The translations under genes were made by a program, and so were the position numbers. The notes beneath the pieces are model-generated. The model had not been told where the DNA came from. It worked only from the letters and a program-made list of their open reading frames with translations, and ran no database searches. A DNA stretch of 64,000 bases from the IMG/VR virus record IMGVR_UViG_3300023210_000017, positions 29,689 through 93,688 of that record; one strand, 5' to 3'. The stretch comes from a virus. This document shows, piece after piece, positions 27,812-37,252 of the stretch (position 1 is its first letter; every line of letters begins with the position of its first letter).

Positions 27812-30800
27812 ATGGCAACGTGTATAAATAAGAACCTTAGTGAATTTAAAGAAGTGGCCAAGGTTATGGGTTCTCCTATTTTAGCAAATAGTTTAATAGC
27901 GTCATGGCAAATATTTAATAATAATGATTCAATTCCAACAGTAGTTGAAGCTCTAGCTTTTCATAAAAAAACAAAGTCATTTAGTACTTTAAAAATAAAT
28001 GAGTTTACTGAAGCGTTATATGCTAATTTAGTTAGAGAAAAAATACTAACTAAATTTAAAGGTGATTATTATATTGTTTCTTCACAAAATAGAATCTTTG
28101 ATCCTAATATAAGAAAGTTTAATAAAGATAGATTATATAACTATTTAAGAATAAATAATATAAATAGTGAATCTGTAGTAGAGACTACAAAAGGAAAAGG
28201 TTTATCAATAAAAATTAATAAAACTTTATTTTCACCAAAAGATATTATTCCTGAATCTAGAGGTTTTAATACTCCACAAACAAAAGAAGTTGTAAGACAT
28301 TTGATAAGAATGTTTCCTAAAATGAGAGTGAAGATGTTTTCAGTTAAAGATGCTAAAGCTTTACATGATGCCTTGCCTTCTTCACAAAGATCTAAAGTAA
28401 ATTTTAATGAAGTAAGATCTTTCTATATAAATGGAATGGCTATTTTAATTGAAGGTAGAGTTACAGATGATGTTGCTATTGAAGAAATCTTACATCCATT
28501 TATTGAAGCAGTTTCTTTAGATAATACAGCATTGTTTGATGGTTTAGTTAAAGAAGCTAAAAAAAGTTTTCCTGAATTATGGGAAGGTATAAAAGATTCA
28601 TATAATGATAATAAAGAGTTTAGTGAAAAAGATAGAAATTTAGAATTAGTAACTCAAGCTCTATCTAGACATTTCAATAAAGAGAATAAAGAAAATGGTA
28701 CAGTAACATTCCGCAACAGAGTAAAAGATTTTTTAGATTGGTTTCTAAATATAATAAAAGATCTTCATGAATATATAGCAGGAAAACCATTGACTGTTGG
28801 CATGATATCTCCAAATGCTACTTTAACAAGCATTGCAAAATTATTAAATACTGAAAGTATTGAATTTAAATTATCTACGTTACCAGAGAAAAAAATAAGA
28901 TATAATTTATCTCCAGAAAAAAAGCAGGTTTATGATTATATATCTGCAAGAGGGAATAAAGTTCAGCAATCAATTATAGAAACAATGTTTCATGCTGGTG
29001 TAAATTCACCTAAGCAAGTTGGGTCATTGGCAGCATCTACTATTACAGATGGAGATCCTATATTAGTTTTAGATGAAGCTACACACACCTATCAAGATAT
29101 TAATGATTTAACTAGCAAGTGGACAAGCGCTACAACAGCAATTAATGGTAAAATGTCTGATGAAGTTAAAGCTGAAATTCAATTAAATTTAGATTTAGGA
29201 AATGATTTTGATTCAATATTAGATGGTTTAGCTACAGATAAGTCATTAGAAGAAATCATGCCTAATCTTAAAGTTTTAAATCAAGAACAATCTGGAAAAG
29301 CTTATGCGGCATTACAAGCTAATTTAGCATTACTAACGCAAGACGGTAGTATAGCAATACCTCAAGTTGTTGTTTATGATCAAGCAACAGGAATGGCGGG
29401 TAGTATTGATTTATTATTAGTTAAACCTAATGGGACACTTAAGATAGTAGATCTTAAAACTTCACGTACATCTATTAGTGAAAAGAAAATTGGAGGAAAA
29501 CTTAAGTATGACACTATAAGTGAGTATGATACTCTTAACGAGGATAGTCTTTTAGCACAAAAAGGATTAGCTAAAGAACTTAGTAAAAGACAAAAGCATA
29601 ATCTGCAAGTAAATCTTTATAGAAGGATGTTAGAAAATATGGGTTATACCATATCTAATGAAGAAGGTGCTACTAGCACAATGCATATTAAAGTTGATGT
29701 GACAGGCCGAGGTAAGGAACAAAAGTTCAAAGGTGGGTTTACAACTGAACAATGGATAGAACATCCTATAAGTCAAAATCAGTTATATGTAGATGCAATT
29801 GTACCATCAAATGTAAATCAATCTAAAAAAGAAAAAATTAATGAGGCTACATCAGAATCTCCTGAGTCTATTCAAAGTTTTAATTTAAATGAAGAAGACC
29901 AAAAGCCGGATCCAATAGATGTAGACTCTTCTGGTAAGAATTCAGATATTGCATATGAAGTTATAGGTCAATCTTTAATGAATTATCAACTAGGTCTTGT
30001 TAAGAAGCAAGAAGTTATTAATGCAACTCAAGGTAAAGCATTTCTTGGCCGTCATCAAACAACAGCACAATTAGAAGAAAGTGTATTAAATGCAATTAGT
30101 GCAGTTAATATAGCATTAGCTGGATCACCTACAGGTAGATCTAGAACTTATACAGCATTGTTAAGAGATTCTTTAAAGCAAATTAATGAATTTCAAGCTT
30201 ATGTTGAAGATCCTGCAAATTTTGGAAAACCTGAGTATATATCTTATGTATTAAATTTTGATAAGTTCTTATCTACTTTTGAAGGACTATATGCTATTAG
30301 TAATGCTAAAGGATTAAATTCATCACAAAAAACTTTAGTATTACAGCTTCAAACCAAAGCAAATGAAATGGTTGGAGTTGGTGGTTTTGATAAATATTCT
30401 GAAGGAGTTATTGATAAAGCGGTAATGTCATATGTAAGAAGCACTGTTGAAAATACATCTGAAAGAGAGTTTACCAAAGATCAGTTAGATGAGTTATTGC
30501 AAATGGGTGAAGAGATGGGGGTTGTTGATTATCAAACAAGAGATATGGCTACTGCAGAAGATACCCTTTTAGCAGTAATGGATAAAATATATAAAATAAA
30601 AAAACAAGAACTTTTAGATAAAATACAAACTAGAGAAGGTGGCATAAGACGAGCTGCTCAAAAGCTTCAAGAATTAAGCGGTATTACAAATATAGAAAGC
30701 CCAAAGCAACTTAAGAAGTTGTATGAGTTTATGTTAATATTTGATAAAGATGGTGAATTTTCAGGAAGATATGTTCAAGAACTAGGAGAAGAATATCAAA

Positions 30801-33517
30801 ATAAACAAGATGAATTAAGAGCTCCTTTATTTGATGAACAAGGTCAACCATATCAGTTTAGAGATATTACAGATCTTGCAACAGCAAAACCTGAAGATAT
30901 TGAGTACAATAAAAAACTTGCAAAAAATAAAAGATTATTTGGAAAGTTTTTTAATGCTGAAACTAAAGGTTTAAATGATCAACCTGTACCGGGAGAATAT
31001 CATAGTTATACTGAAGAATTTAAAACTGCTAGAAAAATTCATGAATATTTTGTACCAGTTGGTGAAAATGGATATTGGAAAAGAAGAAAAAACATAAGTG
31101 ATCAAAATTGGTCTAAATATGAATCTAAATATTATACTACAGGTGTTGACAATGAAGGCGTAACTATAGCTTTAAAAGATCAAGATGGTAATTATACAGG
31201 TGCAATTAAAAAAGATTTTCTTTTTCCAAAAGTTAAAACTGAGTATAGAATAGCTAGATTAGATTCAGGATACCCGTCTAATAAAGATATGCGTAGTGAG
31301 CAATTTAAAGCTATACAAAATGATAAAACAGCATTAGGTTTAGCACGTAAAGAATTTTATGATTTATTTAGGTCCCAATATGAAAATGAACTTTTAACTA
31401 AATTACCAAAAGCCCAAAGAACTCAAATGTTAGGAAGAGTTCCATTAATAAGAGGGAGAGTTACTCAAGACTTAAGAGGTAAAGGTATACCGTTTGCAAA
31501 AGCATTTGCAAAAACAAGTAAAGGTGTAAAAAATCTTTTTACAACTACATCACAACAAAGAACTTTACTTACAGATGAAAAGAATAACATCATAGATACA
31601 ATGCCTATATTTTATACTGGTAGACCAGCAGATGATAAACAGCTTGTTGATATAGATGAAAGAATTCAATCATTAAATCAAGAAAGAAAAGAAGGTAAAG
31701 TAAAATTTCAAGAATATAAAGATAAAATAGCTATTCTTGAAGGTGAGCGTGTAAAAATAGAAAGTAAGCCAACTAGAGGTGAGTTAAACTTAGATATGGG
31801 GAATGGCTTATTAAAGTTTGCATCAATGGCAGAACATTATGAAACCATGAGTACTGTTGAGGATACGTTCAAAGCAATGCTTGAGGTTATAAAAAGAAGA
31901 GAATATCAACCTGCTGGTGGAAAAACTAAAACTCGTGTTAAAAAAGCACTTGGATTTGAGGCAAAAGGAGCAATAAAAGGAGTTGATTCAAATGTATTAA
32001 AGCGGGCTAAAAAGTGGATGTCTATGGTCTATTATGATAATGATCAAATGACTAAAGGATTTTTTGATAAAGCGGCTGATGGATTAATTCAATTTTCATC
32101 TTTATCATATGTTGCGTTTAATCCATTTGGTAACTTTAATAATTATGTTCTTGGTAGACTCAATGATAATATAGAAGCAATAGGGGGTAGATTTTTTGGT
32201 GCTACAGCGTATGGTAAAGCTTCTTTAGAGTGGAATAAAAGAGCTCTTCCTGATATGATTCATAGATTATCTTCAATGGCCCAAAAGCCTTTATGGAAAA
32301 ATGATTATGATCCAGAAATGCCAACTAGTAAGTATGAAGCATTTGTAGATCTATATAGAATGATGGATTCTGATGTAGAAATAAGAGAATCTGGTTCTAC
32401 TATAGATAGAGCTGGTAAATCTTATTTTAAAAGATTTATGGAATGGGGTTATGTAATGCAAGATGCTGCAGAGTGGAATGTTCAAAGTAAAGTTGGTATA
32501 GCAATGTTGATGGATACCTTTATTAAAAATAAAGAAACTGGAGAAATATTATCACTTTATGATGCACATGAATTTGACTCAGCAACTAAAGGTGTAAGAT
32601 TAAAAGAAGGTTTTACAACAATAGTAGAAATAGATAATAAAAATTTAGATGAAAATAGTCAGCCTCAATTAATAAGAGAAGTTGAAGAATATGGAGATCA
32701 ATATAGATATAAACTTAGAAATAAAATACGTGAAGTAAACAAACAAATACACGGTAACTATTCATCTGAAGATAGAATGGTTTTACAATCTAGCACAGTT
32801 GGTAAATTAGCAGCTCAATTTCACAAATGGGTTGCACCTGCAGCAAGAGCAAGATTTCAAAGAGAATATTTTGATGAAAACTTAGGTTGGATGGAAGGTA
32901 GATATTTAGGTTGGTGGAAATTTGTAGCTTACTCTTCTAGTCAAGTTGCTAAAGGAAATTTTAAATTTAATAAATTTTCAGATGGGTTTTTAGAAGATCA
33001 AGGTTTTATAGAAGGAGGAAGTAGACAAGATAACCAAAGAGCAAAAGATAAGTTATTTGGTTTTTATAGAACTATGGGAGAAATTGGAATTATGATGATG
33101 ACCATGGTAGTCAAAGAATTAATGGCTGCTAGTATGGGAGATACTGATGATGATGATGAGATTACAAGAAAGTTTAAAAATATAGCTTTATACCAGGCAG
33201 ATAGAACTTTTAAAGAATTAATTTTATTTACACCTTTTGGAGGAGATCAAATTTATCAAATGGTTAAATCTCCAATTGCATCTACAAGAACTATGGGTGA
33301 ATTAACTCAAGCATTGTATTCAACTATTGAAACTCCATATCAATACTTTACTTCATCTAATAATGAATTTTGGTCAAATTCAAGTGTAGTTTATCAAAGA
33401 GGAAGCAGAGCCGGTAGCCTTAAGTTGGTTAAAGAATGGCAAGATGGTATGATTATTTTATCTACTATTAAAAAATGGGAAAATTTTAATGATAGGCATG
33501 ATTTCTTTATTAAATAA
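27812..33517 (+). CDS. Giant virion protein (1901 aa) with a degenerate zincin-like region and a PD-(D/E)XK nuclease domain
   Basis: EEILH (28481-28495) stands in place of HExxH. 'AGSIDLLLV...IVDLKTS...QVNLYRRML' is a RecB/Cas4-type nuclease motif. The C-terminus is long and helical, typical of the protein following crAss-like RNAP. Confidence 0.75.
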   Translation: MATCINKNLSEFKEVAKVMGSPILANSLIASWQIFNNNDSIPTVVEALAFHKKTKSFSTLKINEFTEALYANLVREKILTKFKGDYYIVSSQNRIFDPNIRKFNKDRLYNYLRINNINSESVVETTKGKGLSIKINKTLFSPKDIIPESRGFNTPQTKEVVRHLIRMFPKMRVKMFSVKDAKALHDALPSSQRSKVNFNEVRSFYINGMAILIEGRVTDDVAIEEILHPFIEAVSLDNTALFDGLVKEAKKSFPELWEGIKDSYNDNKEFSEKDRNLELVTQALSRHFNKENKENGTVTFRNRVKDFLDWFLNIIKDLHEYIAGKPLTVGMISPNATLTSIAKLLNTESIEFKLSTLPEKKIRYNLSPEKKQVYDYISARGNKVQQSIIETMFHAGVNSPKQVGSLAASTITDGDPILVLDEATHTYQDINDLTSKWTSATTAINGKMSDEVKAEIQLNLDLGNDFDSILDGLATDKSLEEIMPNLKVLNQEQSGKAYAALQANLALLTQDGSIAIPQVVVYDQATGMAGSIDLLLVKPNGTLKIVDLKTSRTSISEKKIGGKLKYDTISEYDTLNEDSLLAQKGLAKELSKRQKHNLQVNLYRRMLENMGYTISNEEGATSTMHIKVDVTGRGKEQKFKGGFTTEQWIEHPISQNQLYVDAIVPSNVNQSKKEKINEATSESPESIQSFNLNEEDQKPDPIDVDSSGKNSDIAYEVIGQSLMNYQLGLVKKQEVINATQGKAFLGRHQTTAQLEESVLNAISAVNIALAGSPTGRSRTYTALLRDSLKQINEFQAYVEDPANFGKPEYISYVLNFDKFLSTFEGLYAISNAKGLNSSQKTLVLQLQTKANEMVGVGGFDKYSEGVIDKAVMSYVRSTVENTSEREFTKDQLDELLQMGEEMGVVDYQTRDMATAEDTLLAVMDKIYKIKKQELLDKIQTREGGIRRAAQKLQELSGITNIESPKQLKKLYEFMLIFDKDGEFSGRYVQELGEEYQNKQDELRAPLFDEQGQPYQFRDITDLATAKPEDIEYNKKLAKNKRLFGKFFNAETKGLNDQPVPGEYHSYTEEFKTARKIHEYFVPVGENGYWKRRKNISDQNWSKYESKYYTTGVDNEGVTIALKDQDGNYTGAIKKDFLFPKVKTEYRIARLDSGYPSNKDMRSEQFKAIQNDKTALGLARKEFYDLFRSQYENELLTKLPKAQRTQMLGRVPLIRGRVTQDLRGKGIPFAKAFAKTSKGVKNLFTTTSQQRTLLTDEKNNIIDTMPIFYTGRPADDKQLVDIDERIQSLNQERKEGKVKFQEYKDKIAILEGERVKIESKPTRGELNLDMGNGLLKFASMAEHYETMSTVEDTFKAMLEVIKRREYQPAGGKTKTRVKKALGFEAKGAIKGVDSNVLKRAKKWMSMVYYDNDQMTKGFFDKAADGLIQFSSLSYVAFNPFGNFNNYVLGRLNDNIEAIGGRFFGATAYGKASLEWNKRALPDMIHRLSSMAQKPLWKNDYDPEMPTSKYEAFVDLYRMMDSDVEIRESGSTIDRAGKSYFKRFMEWGYVMQDAAEWNVQSKVGIAMLMDTFIKNKETGEILSLYDAHEFDSATKGVRLKEGFTTIVEIDNKNLDENSQPQLIREVEEYGDQYRYKLRNKIREVNKQIHGNYSSEDRMVLQSSTVGKLAAQFHKWVAPAARARFQREYFDENLGWMEGRYLGWWKFVAYSSSQVAKGNFKFNKFSDGFLEDQGFIEGGSRQDNQRAKDKLFGFYRTMGEIGIMMMTMVVKELMAASMGDTDDDDEITRKFKNIALYQADRTFKELILFTPFGGDQIYQMVKSPIASTRTMGELTQALYSTIETPYQYFTSSNNEFWSNSSVVYQRGSRAGSLKLVKEWQDGMIILSTIKKWENFNDRHDFFIK

Positions 33518-33550
33518 AAATAAAGAGGACTACCACATCCTCTTTATTTT
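33517..33550. terminator. Bidirectional intrinsic terminator between convergent genes
   Basis: Perfect 13-bp stem AAAATAAAGAGGA / TCCTCTTTATTTT with an 8-nt loop, and T-rich tails on both strands. Confidence 0.85.
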
Positions 33551-33599
33551 ATTTTTAACATAGATATTATCTACGTTATTTATATAGCTAGCGATTAAT

Positions 33600-35459
33600 C
33601 TATTGAATTTCACAAGCACCTCCTGCACAGGCTAGTTCACCTGTAAGGTTTGTTTCATCTTTTTCTTCTATTACTTTAGATAAGTCAATTTCTTTAAGAT
33701 ATTTTAACATCTCATTGTACTTCTCTTTTGTAATGTCTTGAAAAGGTGCTTGCTTATATGTACCACCGTTATGCGGTAAAACAGATAATCCATTATAAGA
33801 ATCTCTATTTTCCCACATCCATTTACCAGCTAGGTCCCAATCATCTTCTTTTAAAGATATTGTGGCTGAAACATTATGGGTATTTGAACCAGTCCTATGA
33901 CCAGGTTTAATCCATTCTGCTGCAACTCTCTTAACTCTTTCTAAAAGAGCAAATGGGGATTCAGTTCTCATTATTGCTCCTTCTGGAGCTTTTTGAGGAA
34001 TGCTGATAACAGCAGTGGTATGAGGACTAAAAAACTCATCTTCTACCAATGCTGGGATGTTCTTAGAAAGATACTCATATATAGCTTCAGTCTTACCAAC
34101 CCGTAGAGTACGAATATAATAATCATTATGCCATGCATGAATACCAGAACTTGTTCCTAAAGTTAAAGATGTAGTGCCCGCAGGTTTTACAGTTGTTGTT
34201 CTAGCAGACTTATTGATTCCAATAAGCTTTGCTACTCTAGAGTTTTCTCTTTTTACAACATCTGCAGCTTTAGGCATATCATATGTTAAAACAGATCCAG
34301 ATCCAATTCCTGTCATTGACACGCCAATTAGCGCATCTTTTTCAGTGGTTTCTTTCCAGATATTTCTTAAATAATGAAAATCAGTATAACCAGCTTGAAG
34401 TGTACCAATAAATGCAGCACCCTTAACTCTTTCATTTAAGTCTTCTTGTGATTCAATATTAGATACATTAACTTCACATAGATTACAAAATTGAAAAGGA
34501 CGTAAAGCTATTTCACAACATGGATTGGTACCCCAATCTTTATCATTGTTAAAATAGAATCCAGGTTCTCCAGATCCACTTGCTTCTACACGTTTCCATA
34601 AATTCATAAAAAACTCTTCAGTAATTTTATGTCTTATTAAAACTGCAGAGTTATTTGCTCTACCTCTTTGTGGATTTAATTCCCACCAGTCTCCAGATTT
34701 ACATGAAATCATTTCTAAATCATCAGCACTAAATAAACTAATAAGTGCAGCTCTACGAATACCACCTGCTAATACTGCATCTGCAATATAACAAATCATA
34801 TCATGTACTTCTAAAGTTGTAAGCTTTTCACCATCTTCTTTTTGATCTAGAATACCTGTTAATTTAACAATACATTCTTTCAATGGTTGAGGGCCCGGTG
34901 CTTTACCACCTGATGTTACAAGTCTTGCGCCTTTAGCACGTATATCTGAATAATCAAATTCAATACCAGAACTTTTACCATTAAGATAAGACTTCATAAG
35001 AATTTTAATAGCATCAGCCCATCCTTCAATTGAATCACCAATTAAAAACCTACGTTTTCTTTTTGGATATGGTTTATTTATAGGAGGAAGTTTTTCTACA
35101 TGATGTTTTTGTACTGAGTAACCTACACCGGTTCCTCCTAGTAGTAAAAACATAACTTCACTAAATGACGCTTTGTCATCTATTGGTAAATAAGCACAAT
35201 TATATATTCTATTTGGTGATATTTCAATAGGTTTTCCACCAAATTGCATACTCCTCATTGACGGGAGAACTTTTTTATTATAGACAAGTTTATACACTTT
35301 ATTAATTTGATCCTTTAATTCTGGATATTTTTTAATGTGCATTTCCTTGTTTCTTGTTGTAAGTTCATTCCATGTCTCTCTTCTATTGAGTTCAGGTATA
35401 AATCTTGCATACTTCATGTGGACAGTAATGTCACTAAGAATTTTGTTGCTTAATTCCAT
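33600..35459 (-). CDS. nrdJ: Class II (adenosylcobalamin-dependent) ribonucleotide reductase, monomeric RTPR-like
   Basis: NPCCEI finger loop, CNL, TVKPAGTTS, and C-terminal redox cysteines ACAGGAC. No adjacent NrdB-like small subunit. Confidence 0.92.
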   Translation of the reverse strand: MELSNKILSDITVHMKYARFIPELNRRETWNELTTRNKEMHIKKYPELKDQINKVYKLVYNKKVLPSMRSMQFGGKPIEISPNRIYNCAYLPIDDKASFSEVMFLLLGGTGVGYSVQKHHVEKLPPINKPYPKRKRRFLIGDSIEGWADAIKILMKSYLNGKSSGIEFDYSDIRAKGARLVTSGGKAPGPQPLKECIVKLTGILDQKEDGEKLTTLEVHDMICYIADAVLAGGIRRAALISLFSADDLEMISCKSGDWWELNPQRGRANNSAVLIRHKITEEFFMNLWKRVEASGSGEPGFYFNNDKDWGTNPCCEIALRPFQFCNLCEVNVSNIESQEDLNERVKGAAFIGTLQAGYTDFHYLRNIWKETTEKDALIGVSMTGIGSGSVLTYDMPKAADVVKRENSRVAKLIGINKSARTTTVKPAGTTSLTLGTSSGIHAWHNDYYIRTLRVGKTEAIYEYLSKNIPALVEDEFFSPHTTAVISIPQKAPEGAIMRTESPFALLERVKRVAAEWIKPGHRTGSNTHNVSATISLKEDDWDLAGKWMWENRDSYNGLSVLPHNGGTYKQAPFQDITKEKYNEMLKYLKEIDLSKVIEEKDETNLTGELACAGGACEIQ

Positions 35460-35579
35460 TTAATTAATTTTTATTGTTAATAATTGAATTTTGATTGAGT
35501 TATTCTAGAAAATGGTGTATTAATTCTCTAACTCATCTATACTTAATTTAAGTAAAATAAAACTTACAATCAAGATATT

Positions 35580-35744
35580 TTATATAATTTTTATCCAAGT
35601 CAGCTTAATAAATAGTAAACCTATTTCTAAGCCAATTACTCTACTTATTTTATCATCTTCTATGACACATCTTGAGTTTACTATTAATATGCCAAGCATT
35701 GGTTCTTCTGGTAGTAATACCAAGTTAAAAACATTTTTCTTCAT
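35580..35744 (-). CDS. Small beta-strand-rich hypothetical protein (54 aa; not in ORF track)
   Basis: MKKNVFNLVLLPEEPMLGILIVNSRCVIEDDKISRVIGLEIGLLFIKLTWIKII*, with a promoter-like motif about 25 nt upstream. Confidence 0.6.
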   Translation of the reverse strand: MKKNVFNLVLLPEEPMLGILIVNSRCVIEDDKISRVIGLEIGLLFIKLTWIKII

Positions 35745-35768
35745 AAATTTATTTTTTTGATTTAATTA

Positions 35769-35797
35769 TAAATATACATTTTTTATATGTATATTAT
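35769..35797. promoter_or_regulatory. Divergent promoter pair: TGTATATTTA on - (35769-35778) and TGTATATTAT on + (35788-35797)
   Basis: Inverted copies of the same core lie at the strand switch between the RNR unit and the lysis/tail unit. Confidence 0.55.
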
Positions 35798-35850
35798 AGT
35801 ATGTAGTAATAGGTATTATTACTTTTTATATATTTACATAATAATAATAC

Positions 35851-36171
35851 ATGGAAGTTACAGGAGTTGGGATAGGTTTTGAAGCATTAATTTCATTACT
35901 ATCTGCAGTAGTAGGCGCATTAACTGTATGGTACAGTTTAAAGGGAAAGGTGGAAATTCAATCTGTAATTTTAAAAAATCTTAAAGCAGATATGGAAGAG
36001 GTTAAAGCAGATAAAAAAGCTGGACATACCACATTGCATAAAAGAATAGATGATGTAAAAATGCAAGTTGAAGAAAACCGTGCTAATAATGATAGGGTAA
36101 TTGGTGATTTAAAAACAGAAATGCAGGCAATGGAGCTGAGAATTATAACAGCTATTCATGAAAACAAATAA
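35851..36171 (+). CDS. Membrane-anchored coiled-coil protein (lysis-associated, holin/spanin-like)
   Basis: One N-terminal TM helix followed by coiled coil, two genes upstream of a holin. Confidence 0.45.
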   Translation: MEVTGVGIGFEALISLLSAVVGALTVWYSLKGKVEIQSVILKNLKADMEEVKADKKAGHTTLHKRIDDVKMQVEENRANNDRVIGDLKTEMQAMELRIITAIHENK

Positions 36172-36209
36172 CCTTAAAGTTTCTCTTTTTGGTTTTGTCA
36201 ACTGTTTTT

Positions 36210-36219
36210 TGTATATTAT
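36210..36219 (+). promoter_or_regulatory. Putative late promoter motif TGTATATTAT
   Basis: 18 nt before ATG 36238; third identical copy. Confidence 0.55.
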
Positions 36220-36237
36220 ATTATAAAATAAAAACTT

Positions 36238-36495
36238 ATGAAAGTATTAAAATTTATTATTAATTTTGTATGGACTTTATCCTTACAAAATCTTTTTTTA
36301 TGGGCTGGAATGTTATGGAAATGGCTTTGGTCTTTAACAACTGTTGATGAAAGAAGCATTGCTATAGCAAAAGAAATTAAAGCTAGAGCTGAAAAAGCAG
36401 CAGATGAGATGGGGGATGTTGTAGATGCTTTAGCTGGAAAAGAAATTAATCCAAATGGCAAATCTAAAAAATCTAAGTCTAAATCTAAAAAATAA
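36238..36495 (+). CDS. Small membrane-associated protein with a Lys-rich tail
   Basis: Trp-rich amphipathic N-terminus, helical middle and KSKKSKSKSKK tail; in the lysis cluster. Confidence 0.55.
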   Translation: MKVLKFIINFVWTLSLQNLFLWAGMLWKWLWSLTTVDERSIAIAKEIKARAEKAADEMGDVVDALAGKEINPNGKSKKSKSKSKK

Positions 36496-36500
36496 ATATT

Positions 36501-36941
36501 ATGCCAGCGCCTTGGGTAACAAAAATATTTGGAAATCTTCTTGGTAATGCTGATAAGATAATTGATAATGTTGTAACTAGCAATGAAGAGAAAACTACTT
36601 TAAAAAATGAATTAGAAGATCTCTTAATAAAAGGACAACAGTCAATAGATGATAATGTAACAAAAAGATGGGAATCTGACATGGCTAGTGATAGCTGGTT
36701 AAGTAAAAACGTTAGGCCAATGGTTTTAATGTTTCTTGTTTTTTGTACAGTGCTTATGGTTTTTATTGATGCTGGCTCTATTAACTTTAATGTTGAAGAT
36801 AAGTGGACTGATTTATTAGAAATTGTTTTAATTACAGTGATTGGAGCTTATTTTGGAGGTAGATCTGTAGAAAAGGTTGGTAAAATAAAAAGTTGGAGAG
36901 AAAAACGTGCTGAAAAAAAAGCATTAAAGAAAAATAAATAA
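36501..36941 (+). CDS. Holin, GTA-type 3TM holin family
   Basis: Signature 'RWESDMASDSWLSKNVRP', two TM helices, then 'AYFGGRSVEK' and a basic C-terminus. Confidence 0.85.
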   Translation: MPAPWVTKIFGNLLGNADKIIDNVVTSNEEKTTLKNELEDLLIKGQQSIDDNVTKRWESDMASDSWLSKNVRPMVLMFLVFCTVLMVFIDAGSINFNVEDKWTDLLEIVLITVIGAYFGGRSVEKVGKIKSWREKRAEKKALKKNK

Positions 36942-37087
36942 TGAGACCATACATTATGCAAATTTCTTTTCATTGGCCGCATGATAGACTTGCGTTAGGT
37001 TGGGATTGGGTACGTCCTAGTTTTAAATTTAATTATCATACATTTACATTATATCTTTTAATATGTACTGTAGATATTAATATATAA
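36941..37087 (+). CDS. Small beta-strand-rich hypothetical protein (48 aa; not in ORF track)
   Basis: TAATG overlap with the holin stop; MRPYIMQISFHWPHDRLALGWDWVRPSFKFNYHTFTLYLLICTVDINI*. Confidence 0.65.
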   Translation: MRPYIMQISFHWPHDRLALGWDWVRPSFKFNYHTFTLYLLICTVDINI

Positions 37088-37090
37088 GTT

Positions 37091-37252
37091 ATGAAAAAAA
37101 AATCACAATCACTTTTAACAAGTTTAGAAGGACGCTTAGATATGACAATGCCTGGAGTATCTACAAAAAAAAAAGATTGCGGATGCAAGCATAAGAAAAA
37201 GATGAACATGGGAGGAACAGTTCCTTCAGCAAATACTTATCAAGGTAAATAA
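37091..37252 (+). CDS. Small basic protein (53 aa) with CGC and MNMGG motifs (not in ORF track)
   Basis: MKKKSQSLLTSLEGRLDMTMPGVSTKKKDCGCKHKKKMNMGGTVPSANTYQGK*; its stop overlaps the next ATG (TAATG). Confidence 0.7.
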   Translation: MKKKSQSLLTSLEGRLDMTMPGVSTKKKDCGCKHKKKMNMGGTVPSANTYQGK

